A stretch of DNA of 49,505 bases from Candidatus Fermentibacteraceae bacterium (lineage in GTDB: Bacteria; Fermentibacterota; Fermentibacteria; Fermentibacterales; JCC-6), in NCBI GenBank assembly GCA_030592635.1, contig JAUVIS010000002.1, positions 1 through 49,505 of the forward strand. The letters are read 5' to 3'. The notes below the pieces were generated by a model. The model worked only from the letters and a program-made list of their open reading frames with translations, searched no databases and was not told the origin of the DNA. The translations under genes and the position numbers were made by a program. The stretch's first letter is position 1. Every line of letters begins with the position of its first letter. This document shows positions 1 to 8,018 of this stretch, piece after piece.

Positions 1-110
1 AAATGCTAATACGAGCCAGGTTGATTCGATTTATTCCGAACACCTGAGGCTGGCACTAATAAATGTAAGATGGTTCATACGCTGCCGATAAGTTCAAACA
101 GTTCAATTTT

Positions 111-401
111 TTAGTACCTGTGTTTCCAGTAATCAGGTTTTCTGTTGAGGTGCATAACTGCAAGTATGAAGATTTCGTTTTTCTCGATGCTGTAGAGAAT
201 CCCATAAGGAAACCTGTTTGTTTGACATCGCCGTATCTCATCATCAAGAATGGGCCATGCTTCAGGATACTCCAGAATATTCTGTATAGCCGAGTAGACT
301 TCTATAGAAAAGTCATAACCGAGTCCACCTTCACACTCTTCGTAGTGATTAATGGCCTTGAAGAATTCAGCATCCGCTTCCGGGTGAAAAGAAAAGGTCA
401 T
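111..401 (-). CDS. Type II toxin-antitoxin system toxin, RelE/ParE family
   Basis: 96-aa ORF. The C-terminal segment EIFILAVMHLNRKPDYW is typical of ParE/RelE toxins. Its ATG overlaps the stop of the upstream antitoxin ORF by 4 nt (ATGA). Confidence 0.8.
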   Translation of the reverse strand: MTFSFHPEADAEFFKAINHYEECEGGLGYDFSIEVYSAIQNILEYPEAWPILDDEIRRCQTNRFPYGILYSIEKNEIFILAVMHLNRKPDYWKHRY

Positions 402-625
402 ACCCCGAAGTATTCCTTGACCTTGGCGAATACCTCATCGCCTGGAATTGATCTCACTTTGCCTGATCGCAATTCAGAAAGACGATGCTTTGCAGTATCA
501 ATCCAAATCTTGTCAATCTCTGGGGAGGGGGTATTGAGAGAACGAAGAAGACGATCTATTATTATGGCTCTTTCTTCGACCGGTAGAGATTCTGCTTCTT
601 TTAGTATTTCCTTAGTGCCAAACAT
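398..625 (-). CDS. Addiction-module antitoxin (short helical antitoxin family partnered with ParE/RelE)
   Basis: 75-aa ORF. The N-terminus (KEILKEAESLPVEERAIIIDRLLRSL) resembles the 'putative addiction module component' antitoxins. A strong RBS, AAAGGAGG, lies 7 nt upstream of the ATG. The ORF is coupled to the toxin. Confidence 0.75.
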   Translation of the reverse strand: MFGTKEILKEAESLPVEERAIIIDRLLRSLNTPSPEIDKIWIDTAKHRLSELRSGKVRSIPGDEVFAKVKEYFGV

Positions 626-651
626 AATTGCCTCCTTTAAAACTCTGATAC

Positions 652-680
652 ACTATACCAGTAGATTGATATTATGGCAA
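652..680 (-). promoter_or_regulatory. Candidate sigma70-type promoter of the toxin-antitoxin operon
   Basis: On the minus strand: -35 TTGCCA (680-675), a 17-nt spacer, then -10 TATAGT (657-652). This places it about 25 nt upstream of the antitoxin RBS. Confidence 0.35.
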
Positions 681-1150
681 TGGCTTTGACTGTTTGGGGG
701 GATCTCAACTGGTATTTTTTCCGAGTAAAAACAGGGATTTCCGAATTCCAGTGCTCCCTCTGGCTGACTCATCCAGATAAAGAAACAAGAAATTCTAATT
801 GTCGGTACTTGCAGCAACCGCTCAATCTTTCGAAACACAGCAAAGAGTGGAGATAAAAGTCTATTACGACTATACCGGACAAATGATATTGAACTCCGAC
901 CTTGTGATACCATTCAATAAAGTGTATTGTAATTCTCAGATGCAGCAAAGAAAGAGGAAGAAAACAATAATTTCTAGAACCACTGAATGAACCTGTCACA
1001 AACGCTTCTCAACGGGCTTAACTGATACTTGTGCAGGTTATTCAGGATGTTGTGCAACAAAAGTCAGAAACATACAAATGATGAAAAATACAAACCGGAT
1101 AAAGGATTTCTTTGATTACTTCAGGAAATTTATCAAATGCAAAGAACAGT

Positions 1151-1690
1151 TTAAAAATCCAGCTCGCATACAATCATCTTGGAGTTCAGGTTAAATCCAC
1201 TATTTCTATAAAACTCCAGTGCAGCAAGGTTTCTTTTACCTACTAGTAGCTTCACAGTATTGATATTCATTTTACGAAGTTCACTTTTACAGAAATCGAT
1301 CAATCCTTTTCCAGTAGCCATGTTTCTGTATGGTTTTAACACATATATCCAGTTTATAAAGCCAATACTGCTTTCCTTATCAACATCATGCATCCATGTC
1401 AGATCAATTCTTCCCACAATCATATCCCTGTATTCGGCAACCAGCAATTTGTAGTCCTTAATATCCTCTATTCTTTTCCTAAAGAAATGTACTCTGAACT
1501 TTTCCTCGTCAAAATTATCAGGAAAGATGTGTCCCTCTGTCTGATAAGAACGTTTTTCAAACTGGACTATTTTATCATAATGGGTGCTATTGGCTGTATA
1601 GTACAATACATTTTGAATCTTTGCTTCTTCTGGTTTTTTCGCTTCAATAAAAGATTCATGCTTTTGAGACCATTCATAATACTTGTTCAT
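1151..1690 (-). CDS. GNAT family N-acetyltransferase
   Basis: The C-terminal half has GNAT motif A/B character (WIYVLKPYRNMATGKGLIDF...LLVGKRNLAALEFYRNSGF). I chose the ATG at 1690 (MNKYYEW) because GGAGGAAGT lies immediately upstream. The track ORF extends to 1819 with no RBS. Confidence 0.75.
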   Translation of the reverse strand: MNKYYEWSQKHESFIEAKKPEEAKIQNVLYYTANSTHYDKIVQFEKRSYQTEGHIFPDNFDEEKFRVHFFRKRIEDIKDYKLLVAEYRDMIVGRIDLTWMHDVDKESSIGFINWIYVLKPYRNMATGKGLIDFCKSELRKMNINTVKLLVGKRNLAALEFYRNSGFNLNSKMIVCELDF

Positions 1691-1811
1691 ACTTCCTCCA
1701 TGCCTATCCCTACCTAATCTGAGCGATTTATGGTGGAGTGCGCCATTCGTAAGGCTTTGTATATAATAGATGTATTTGAATAAAAATAAAACTGAACGGA
1801 AGAGGAAGTCA

Positions 1812-2006
1812 ATGCTCAAAAGCGAAAAGGTTATTCTTCGTGCGTTGAAAAGAGAAGATATCGAAAGAATGCACGAGTTAAATCAGGATAAAGAGATGCA
1901 TATTCTGAATGGCACATTGCAAATCAGTGACTTCTTAGGAGTTCTAAGTGAAATATATGTCACCAGTCAATGTGATTCTTTGAGAAAGAATCCTGAACAC
2001 AAATAA
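1812..2006 (+). pseudogene. Probable truncated GNAT (RimJ/RimL-like) N-terminal fragment
   Basis: MLKSEKVILRALKREDIERMHELNQD matches the usual N-terminus of RimJ/L-type acetyltransferases. The ORF stops after 64 aa, before any acetyl-CoA binding motif. It is divergent from the intact GNAT gene. Confidence 0.3.
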
Positions 2007-2030
2007 TATACGACCCGCTCCACGGGCTCA

Positions 2031-2603
2031 ATGTTACGGGGAAAAATGAAAAGCATAGACATAAATGATATTGAGTGGTTCGATATGTGGAGTGAGGACC
2101 GCGCGCAACTCATGGATGATGAAGACTACCCTCGTCTCGTGCAGTGCTGCCTGCAAAGATATGATCGCTGTCCCGATGACCCCTATGCTCTGGAATCTCT
2201 GGCGGATGCTTATGTTCTGAATGGTCAGCAGCAGAAAGCCATAGACCTTGTTGCACCTTACTACCATCGTGAGCCCGGGCACCCTCTCTATGAACACTTG
2301 ATTCTTGAGGCCCTTTTCGGAATGGGGAAGGGGATAGATGATTTCTCATGGCGGCGTCCTCCCAAAGTACTGAGAATGGGCGATGGTGTTCTTGACGAGT
2401 GCTACAGCTACCTGAAGTTGAAGCGGAAACCGAGAACAGTTTCAAATCTGTACATTATGTTCATCGGGAGGGCATATCTGCTTTTTAACGAGTTTGACCT
2501 TTTTCAGGGCCTTGTGTCAGACAGGCGGTTCCGCGTTGAGAATCAGGATCTTTGTGTGTTCGCCGAAGTATCGGTGGTGAGAGCCGCAGATCGAACCGGC
2601 TGA
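2031..2603 (+). CDS. Hypothetical protein (helical, TPR-like N-terminal half)
   Basis: 190-aa ORF whose composition resembles the bulk of the window. I recognised no family. An alternative start is the ATG at 2046 (MKSIDIND). Confidence 0.5.
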   Translation: MLRGKMKSIDINDIEWFDMWSEDRAQLMDDEDYPRLVQCCLQRYDRCPDDPYALESLADAYVLNGQQQKAIDLVAPYYHREPGHPLYEHLILEALFGMGKGIDDFSWRRPPKVLRMGDGVLDECYSYLKLKRKPRTVSNLYIMFIGRAYLLFNEFDLFQGLVSDRRFRVENQDLCVFAEVSVVRAADRTG

Positions 2604-2606
2604 GGT

Positions 2607-3005
2607 TTATTCTTTTCTGTATTCCGCGTCAACAGTGATGGCGATTCCGCCTCTTACTCCGAAATCAGCCTGTACACGGCACCATCTGGGCTGAATGGCT
2701 TCCCGAAGATCATCAAGAATTATGTTTGCCGCGTGCTCGTGGAAAACACCTCTGTTCCTGAATGACTGGAAGTAAAGCTTGAGGGATTTTGATTCGACAA
2801 TCTTCAAATCCGGAACATAGCTGATGGTAATACTCGCGAAATCCGGCTGTCCTGTTTTTGGGCATACACAGGTGAATTCATCCGTGGTAAGGGTTACAGT
2901 GTAGTCTCTCTCCGGATTGTGATTGGGGAATGCCTCAAGTCCTTTGAAATCGCTGTTTGAGCTTCCCAGGAGAGAGAGATCATTCAAATCCTTTTCGTGT
3001 GTCAT
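2607..3005 (-). CDS. queF: NADPH-dependent 7-cyano-7-deazaguanine (preQ0) reductase, unimodular type
   Basis: Catalytic Cys context FTCVCPKTGQPDFA and the QueF motif ESKSLKLYFQSFRN are present. The 132-aa length fits type I QueF. The start overlaps the kinase stop by 1 nt. Confidence 0.9.
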   Translation of the reverse strand: MTHEKDLNDLSLLGSSNSDFKGLEAFPNHNPERDYTVTLTTDEFTCVCPKTGQPDFASITISYVPDLKIVESKSLKLYFQSFRNRGVFHEHAANIILDDLREAIQPRWCRVQADFGVRGGIAITVDAEYRKE

Positions 3006-5542
3006 TATTCTCCAGTTACTGGTTTTGTCAGTTTTCGGATTACGGCGACCAGATCACGCATAGCATAGGGTTTGTTGATTACTTCGTGTGTACCTTCCAC
3101 ACCTGTCAGCCGGTCTCCCGCGTAACCTGTTGTGAAGATCGCGGGAATACTGCCTCCAATGGAAAGAATTTCTTTGTGAGCGTCCGGTCCGTTCATTTCA
3201 GGCATCATAACATCAAAGACAAGCATTTCAATTTCATCCCTGTTCTTTTTGAATACCTCAATGGCTTCCCTGCCGTTGGTTGCCTGCAGAACTCTTATCC
3301 CCGCAGCGCCGAGCCCCTCGACTGCAAGGTTCATTACCTGTGGATCATCTTCAGCGAGAAGAATACATATCGAGCGGGCATACTGATGGTCTTCAAGGGC
3401 GGGCAGTGCGCCGAGTTCTGCTGGTGGCGGGTGAGGTTGAGATTCACCTTTCAGTTTCGGGAGGTACACTTTTATCTCAAGACCTTTTTCAGTTCTGTTT
3501 TTTACATCAATATTTCCCGAGTGTTCCCGTACTATTCCCAGAACCGTGGCAAGCCCCAGACCTGTGCCTTCATCAACCCGTTTGGTGGTGAAAAACGGTT
3601 CAAAAATGCTTTTGTGTTTTGATTCAGGAACACCGGAACCGGTATCTTTAACTGACAGGGTTAAGTAACTGCCCGAATTCAGATTGCCCGTTGTTACCTT
3701 AAGAGGCTCAATCAGGTGAATCTCGTCGAGACCGATTACTATATTTCCACCGTTCTTCATCGCATCACGGGCGTTGACGCACAAATTCATTAAAAGCTGA
3801 TCAATCTGACCGATATCGCCGTAAATCAGAGCGTTCTCCACATGCACTTCAGTGGAGATGATAATGTTCTCTTCCATGATTCTGGAGAGCAATTTGCTGA
3901 AATTTACCGCGATTTTACTTAGATTGACACTTTTGAGTTCAGGTTTCTTTTCTCTGCTGAACAGCAGGAGCTGACTCACAAGCTCTTTGCCTCTTTCAGC
4001 GGCCTTAAGGATGGGCTCGGAAATATCCGTTATCACAGGATCATTGTTTGATACCCTGCTCAGTATGTCGGTGTACCCGATTATCACATGCAGCAGATTG
4101 TTGAAATCATGGGCGACTCCTCCGGCAAGACGACCGATGGCTTCCATTTTCTGAGACTGAATATCGTCAATCTCCCTCTGCATTGTGGTAATTTCCTTTT
4201 CCTTTATGTAAGTAGTATCAAAAAGAATTCCGGTTATCTGCTCAGGTTTGCCGTGGAGTCCGGCTCCTGTTGCTCTGGCGCCAATGTTGAACCATCTGAC
4301 AGCAAGATCATCTCCTTTAAAACTCATTTCTCCGAAAATGCTGTCGGTTCCGCCCCGGCAGAGCGCGTCTATACCATTTCGCATTTCATCCTCCAGCGAT
4401 GCCTCAAGAAGGAAGTGCGAAAAAAGCGGCTTATCTTTCGGAGGCGTATAAGCAAGGAGGTTGAAAAAATCCTTATCCGCAATGAGTCGATCTTCAGACA
4501 GTTCGGCTTTCCAGAGAACAGCTCCGGAAGTGTCAAGAGCCAGTTGAAGCTGATCAAATCTGTTTTGAAGTTCCTTTTCAGCCTCTACAAGCCTTGAAAC
4601 ATCAACTGAAACAACGAGAATGGATTCTTTTCCCCTGTAGAGAAGCCTTCTCGCGTGTACCAGAAGGTTGAGAGAATGCCCGTTTTTCAGGCCGATCTCA
4701 ATAGGCAGGGCTTCTCGTGCGGGTTCTGAAAATGTCTGGTTCAGGAACACTTTAACCCGAAGACGGGTTTTTTCATCGATGATGTTCAGCAAATCGGCAT
4801 TTTCACTGTTGAATTTAGAGAGTCCATATCTGCTGAGAAGTGACTGGTTGATATAGACGATCTTACTTCCCTGCAGGACAATGATTCCGATGTTGTCATC
4901 AAGAGAAATCTCTTCAAAAAGGTTATTTATTTCCGTAAGATTGTTTAGAAGAGCCTGGTGAGCGAGTTCTCTGCTTCTGATGAAAAAGATAGCCAGTATC
5001 GTAATCACTGAAACTGCAGTAAGGGGAATGAGTGTTTCTCTCAGAACAACCATTGAATAGGCTTCGGGAAGAATGAGTATCCAGGCAAAGTATATAAAAG
5101 CCGATCCGACACCGGGTATCAGCTGAAAAAGAATCCCCGATGTGCGGAATCTGGATTTTTCAGCGCTTCGGAGAACAAGTCCGAAAACCAGGGCGGAGAG
5201 AATGATGCCCAATCCGGGAAGCATACCCGTTCCTCCGACGAGAAGCCTGTAAACGAGAATGGGAATTACAGTAATGACTCCAACAGCGGGGCCACCGGTA
5301 AGAGCGGCCACAACGATAACAGGCGTGCGCATATCAATCAGAATCCCTGGAAAGACTTCCACGCTGAATATTATGGCGAGTATTCCGCAGAAGGCGTAAA
5401 CTATTCCCTGAGTCAGGTTTCTGAGCACAGGTCTGTTAAGAAATTCCCACCTCGGAAACCTGGAAAGAAATAGAAACGCGACAACCAGCAGGGTTGAGTT
5501 CTCAATCAGCGGTTGAAGGACATCAATTCTCAAAAGACTCAC
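3005..5542 (-). CDS. Hybrid sensor histidine kinase (5TMR-LytS-like membrane domain, PAS region, HisKA, HATPase_c, C-terminal receiver)
   Basis: The N-terminal ~190 aa are polytopic. The H-box is AGGVAHDFNNLL. The ATPase N/G boxes are NLCVNARDAM and DTGSGV...GTGLGLA. The receiver segment is ILLAEDDPQV...VFDVMMPEMNG. Confidence 0.9.
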   Translation of the reverse strand: MSLLRIDVLQPLIENSTLLVVAFLFLSRFPRWEFLNRPVLRNLTQGIVYAFCGILAIIFSVEVFPGILIDMRTPVIVVAALTGGPAVGVITVIPILVYRLLVGGTGMLPGLGIILSALVFGLVLRSAEKSRFRTSGILFQLIPGVGSAFIYFAWILILPEAYSMVVLRETLIPLTAVSVITILAIFFIRSRELAHQALLNNLTEINNLFEEISLDDNIGIIVLQGSKIVYINQSLLSRYGLSKFNSENADLLNIIDEKTRLRVKVFLNQTFSEPAREALPIEIGLKNGHSLNLLVHARRLLYRGKESILVVSVDVSRLVEAEKELQNRFDQLQLALDTSGAVLWKAELSEDRLIADKDFFNLLAYTPPKDKPLFSHFLLEASLEDEMRNGIDALCRGGTDSIFGEMSFKGDDLAVRWFNIGARATGAGLHGKPEQITGILFDTTYIKEKEITTMQREIDDIQSQKMEAIGRLAGGVAHDFNNLLHVIIGYTDILSRVSNNDPVITDISEPILKAAERGKELVSQLLLFSREKKPELKSVNLSKIAVNFSKLLSRIMEENIIISTEVHVENALIYGDIGQIDQLLMNLCVNARDAMKNGGNIVIGLDEIHLIEPLKVTTGNLNSGSYLTLSVKDTGSGVPESKHKSIFEPFFTTKRVDEGTGLGLATVLGIVREHSGNIDVKNRTEKGLEIKVYLPKLKGESQPHPPPAELGALPALEDHQYARSICILLAEDDPQVMNLAVEGLGAAGIRVLQATNGREAIEVFKKNRDEIEMLVFDVMMPEMNGPDAHKEILSIGGSIPAIFTTGYAGDRLTGVEGTHEVINKPYAMRDLVAVIRKLTKPVTGE

Positions 5543-5547
5543 CTCTG

Positions 5548-7239
5548 TCAGGCAGGTTTTACCGCCTTGAATGCTTTTTCCGGTGCGCAGCCGGGATTCT
5601 CAGACAACCAGTCGAGAATATATCGCGAACCTTTTGCTGTAATACCGTTGTTTGAACACCATACTACAGCATCTCGTATTCCATCCTCATTCAGTGTTTT
5701 TATCCAGTCTATGCCGGCTCTTCTGGAACCCCTCATGCGATCTGCAAGCAGGCTCGCCAGAGGTTTGGGTTTCATCTCGGTGATGTTGAGAAGATCATCG
5801 AAAAGGTCGCAGAGTTCAAGGTTGAGAAGACGGTCCATGAGATGATCGCTCAGTCCGAGCTTCCTGTAAATCTCACGCCTCTCCCATGGCTTTTTCGGCA
5901 GAAGTTTCTGAAGTTTATGGAATGTGTCTGTCGAAATCGGTTGCGGGGGAAGATCTGTATCAGGATACATTCTGTCAGCTCCCGGAAGAATTCTCTCAAA
6001 ATCGGTGTTTCCACCTGAAACAGCTTGTCTTGTCTCCGGGGGTATGCCCTGGAATGCCTCTTCAATTCTGATACAGATTTCTTTAGCGGCGGTTTCCAGG
6101 TCTTCTTCAGGCCCTGCAAAGACAAGTGCCGCGTCTTCAGGAGTCAGGTTCATTTTTACTTTCAGAGCTTCCGTCGCGTAATTGAGTACAGGATTGTGTT
6201 CAATACAGGCGATAACACGAACTCTTCCGCGGAGTTCATCCAGAAAAGAAAGGTCGGGCTGGGTTGGCCAGTCTGTGAACCTTTTAAATCCCGGAAGAAC
6301 CATTACAGCGGCTCTGTGATTTCCGGATTCCAGTTCATGGGGGTTGAAACCTTCACCTGCAGTACTGATTTTGTCAAGTAAAGTATACTCCGGTCTGAAA
6401 CTGTCAGGAGTGAACTCAGATGCTTTGAGCTGATGGCGAAGGTCAAGAAGAGCCTTCTGCCTGTAACCTTCAATTCTTGAGAGGGCCTCAATGTAACCGA
6501 TTTTCGCCACGCCCTTGATCTCAATTCTGGTTCCGCCTCTTATGGATACATTCACATCCTGCCGGACCGAACCTATTCCTCTTCTTACAAGGTGAGTTGA
6601 GCGCATTGTCTCGCCGATGAGTTTTGCGGCAATCGCCATTTCCGCGGGGGTGTAGAGTTCAGGGGCGGTTACAGGTTCCACCAGCGGAATTGACAGACGA
6701 TCTGTACGGTAGAAAACATGATGGCCGATATCGGATACTTCCCGGCAGGCATCCTCCTCCATGGTCATCTGCAAGAAATGAAGTTCTCTTCCAAGAAATG
6801 GTATTACCCCGTTTACGCCAACAATTGCCGTTCTCTGGAAGCCGGTGGGAATAGAGCCGTCCAGGTACTGCTTTCTTGTTATGTGCAGCTCATCAACCAG
6901 AGACATGTTGAACATCATTGCCAGTTGAAGAGCTGATTTGATTGCTTCCGGATTTGCCTGAAACGGTGGTGTATCATCCATTTCATAAGTGCAGACAGAG
7001 TCATTATAAAGAAGATAGTGTACCTGTTTTTTCGTTTTGAATTCCATCAGAGCTGTCCCGTCGTACTCTCCGAATTCGCTCAGAGTAGGGCGCATGTGAC
7101 GAAGAATCTCCTGGTCATGTTCATCATTCCGGATTTTAGCCGGGCAGCGGCAGAACAACTTTCCCGAAGTGGCAAGCTGCTGGTGTGTTTCCAGCCCTCC
7201 TCTGAAGCCGAGTTCACGCAGCTCAGTGTAATCCTGCAA
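5548..7239 (-). CDS. gatE: GatE-like protein (archaeal-type Glu-tRNA(Gln) amidotransferase subunit E homolog)
   Basis: GatE hallmark blocks are present: GLETHQQL...KLFCRC, MRPTLSEFG, YEMDDTPPF, TRKQYLDGSIPTGFQRT, MEEDACR, YRTDRLSIPLVE, RRGIGSVRQDVNVSIRGGTRIEIKGV, GIPPETRQAVSGGNTDFERILPGADRMYPDTD. The maximal ORF reaches 7446. I prefer the TTG at 7239, which is preceded by AAGGA at 6 nt and gives an archaeal-like short N-terminus. Confidence 0.8.
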   Translation of the reverse strand: MQDYTELRELGFRGGLETHQQLATSGKLFCRCPAKIRNDEHDQEILRHMRPTLSEFGEYDGTALMEFKTKKQVHYLLYNDSVCTYEMDDTPPFQANPEAIKSALQLAMMFNMSLVDELHITRKQYLDGSIPTGFQRTAIVGVNGVIPFLGRELHFLQMTMEEDACREVSDIGHHVFYRTDRLSIPLVEPVTAPELYTPAEMAIAAKLIGETMRSTHLVRRGIGSVRQDVNVSIRGGTRIEIKGVAKIGYIEALSRIEGYRQKALLDLRHQLKASEFTPDSFRPEYTLLDKISTAGEGFNPHELESGNHRAAVMVLPGFKRFTDWPTQPDLSFLDELRGRVRVIACIEHNPVLNYATEALKVKMNLTPEDAALVFAGPEEDLETAAKEICIRIEEAFQGIPPETRQAVSGGNTDFERILPGADRMYPDTDLPPQPISTDTFHKLQKLLPKKPWERREIYRKLGLSDHLMDRLLNLELCDLFDDLLNITEMKPKPLASLLADRMRGSRRAGIDWIKTLNEDGIRDAVVWCSNNGITAKGSRYILDWLSENPGCAPEKAFKAVKPA

Positions 7240-7466
7240 AGTAGATCCTTTCGGTAAAGAGGCCAGAGTTGTCAAGTATTGAATAGTCGCCCGAAAATAA
7301 CGATTGGGACAGTCGGGGTAAACCGGGAGCAGGTATTGACTGGCTGAGAGAGGGGGGCTATTATCGTATTGTGAGACTGGAAGCAATACCTTATGTAGCC
7401 GCTTTTCCCGTTGGGTCGGGAGGGCGGTATTTAATTTAGCTTCCATTTAACATGAAAGGAGCTACA

Positions 7467-8015
7467 GTGAACATCGAGATCAGTGCGAGGCATTTTGAGC
7501 TTACAGATTCCCTGAAGGAACATGTGGATGAGAAACTTTCCGTCCTGGACAAATTCTACGACGGAATAGATGATGTGCATGTCATTCTTGAGCTTTCGTC
7601 AGGAATGAGCAGGTCACATGTTCAGTTAAGGGGAGACAGACTGAGACTCGACTCCAGATCCAAGGGACATGACATGTACTTCTCTTTTGACGATTGTGTT
7701 TCTTCACTGGAGCGGCAACTGAAAAAATTCAAGGAAACTCATCACAACCATCCCCGAAGAGAAATAAACGGTAAGAAACTTGTTTCCGGCGCATGGTATA
7801 TTGCAGCGGAGCCTTCAGAACTGGCTCATCCGGTTCTTCTGGAGGACGCTGCCGAACTTAAAAAGCTTTCCACAAATGACGCGATGACGGAATTCGAGGT
7901 CAGCGGTGCTGATGACAACATGATCTTCTTCAACACGGAGACTGACAGCTTCAGCGCAGCTTACAGAACATCCAGCGGAGCTACACAGGTGGTTGAACTT
8001 ACCCGTAAGGAATAG
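7467..8015 (+). CDS. hpf: Ribosome hibernation-promoting factor, long form
   Basis: NIEISARHFELTDSLKEHVDEKL is the typical HPF/RaiA N-terminus, and a C-terminal dimerisation-type extension is present. I chose the GTG at 7467 because AAAGGAG lies 5 nt upstream. The track start at 7452 sits inside that RBS. Confidence 0.85.
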   Translation: MNIEISARHFELTDSLKEHVDEKLSVLDKFYDGIDDVHVILELSSGMSRSHVQLRGDRLRLDSRSKGHDMYFSFDDCVSSLERQLKKFKETHHNHPRREINGKKLVSGAWYIAAEPSELAHPVLLEDAAELKKLSTNDAMTEFEVSGADDNMIFFNTETDSFSAAYRTSSGATQVVELTRKE

Positions 8016-8018
8016 ACA

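Noticed and set aside
120-689. 189-aa plus-strand ORF across the toxin-antitoxin locus
   Set aside because: It is antisense to two well-supported minus-strand genes. It has low-complexity, stop-free shadow-frame composition, with no RBS or recognisable motif.
2957-3622. 221-aa plus-strand ORF, plus several 60-170-aa ORFs, inside 3005-5542
   Set aside because: These are shadow ORFs antisense to the histidine kinase gene, whose motifs are unambiguous.
5548-7446. Reading this gene as an ordinary bacterial gatB
   Set aside because: At about 560-630 aa it is much longer than GatB. It carries the GatE-specific insertion and GatE-type motif variants (GLExHQQL, DDTPPF). I keep the GatE-like call pending a profile search.
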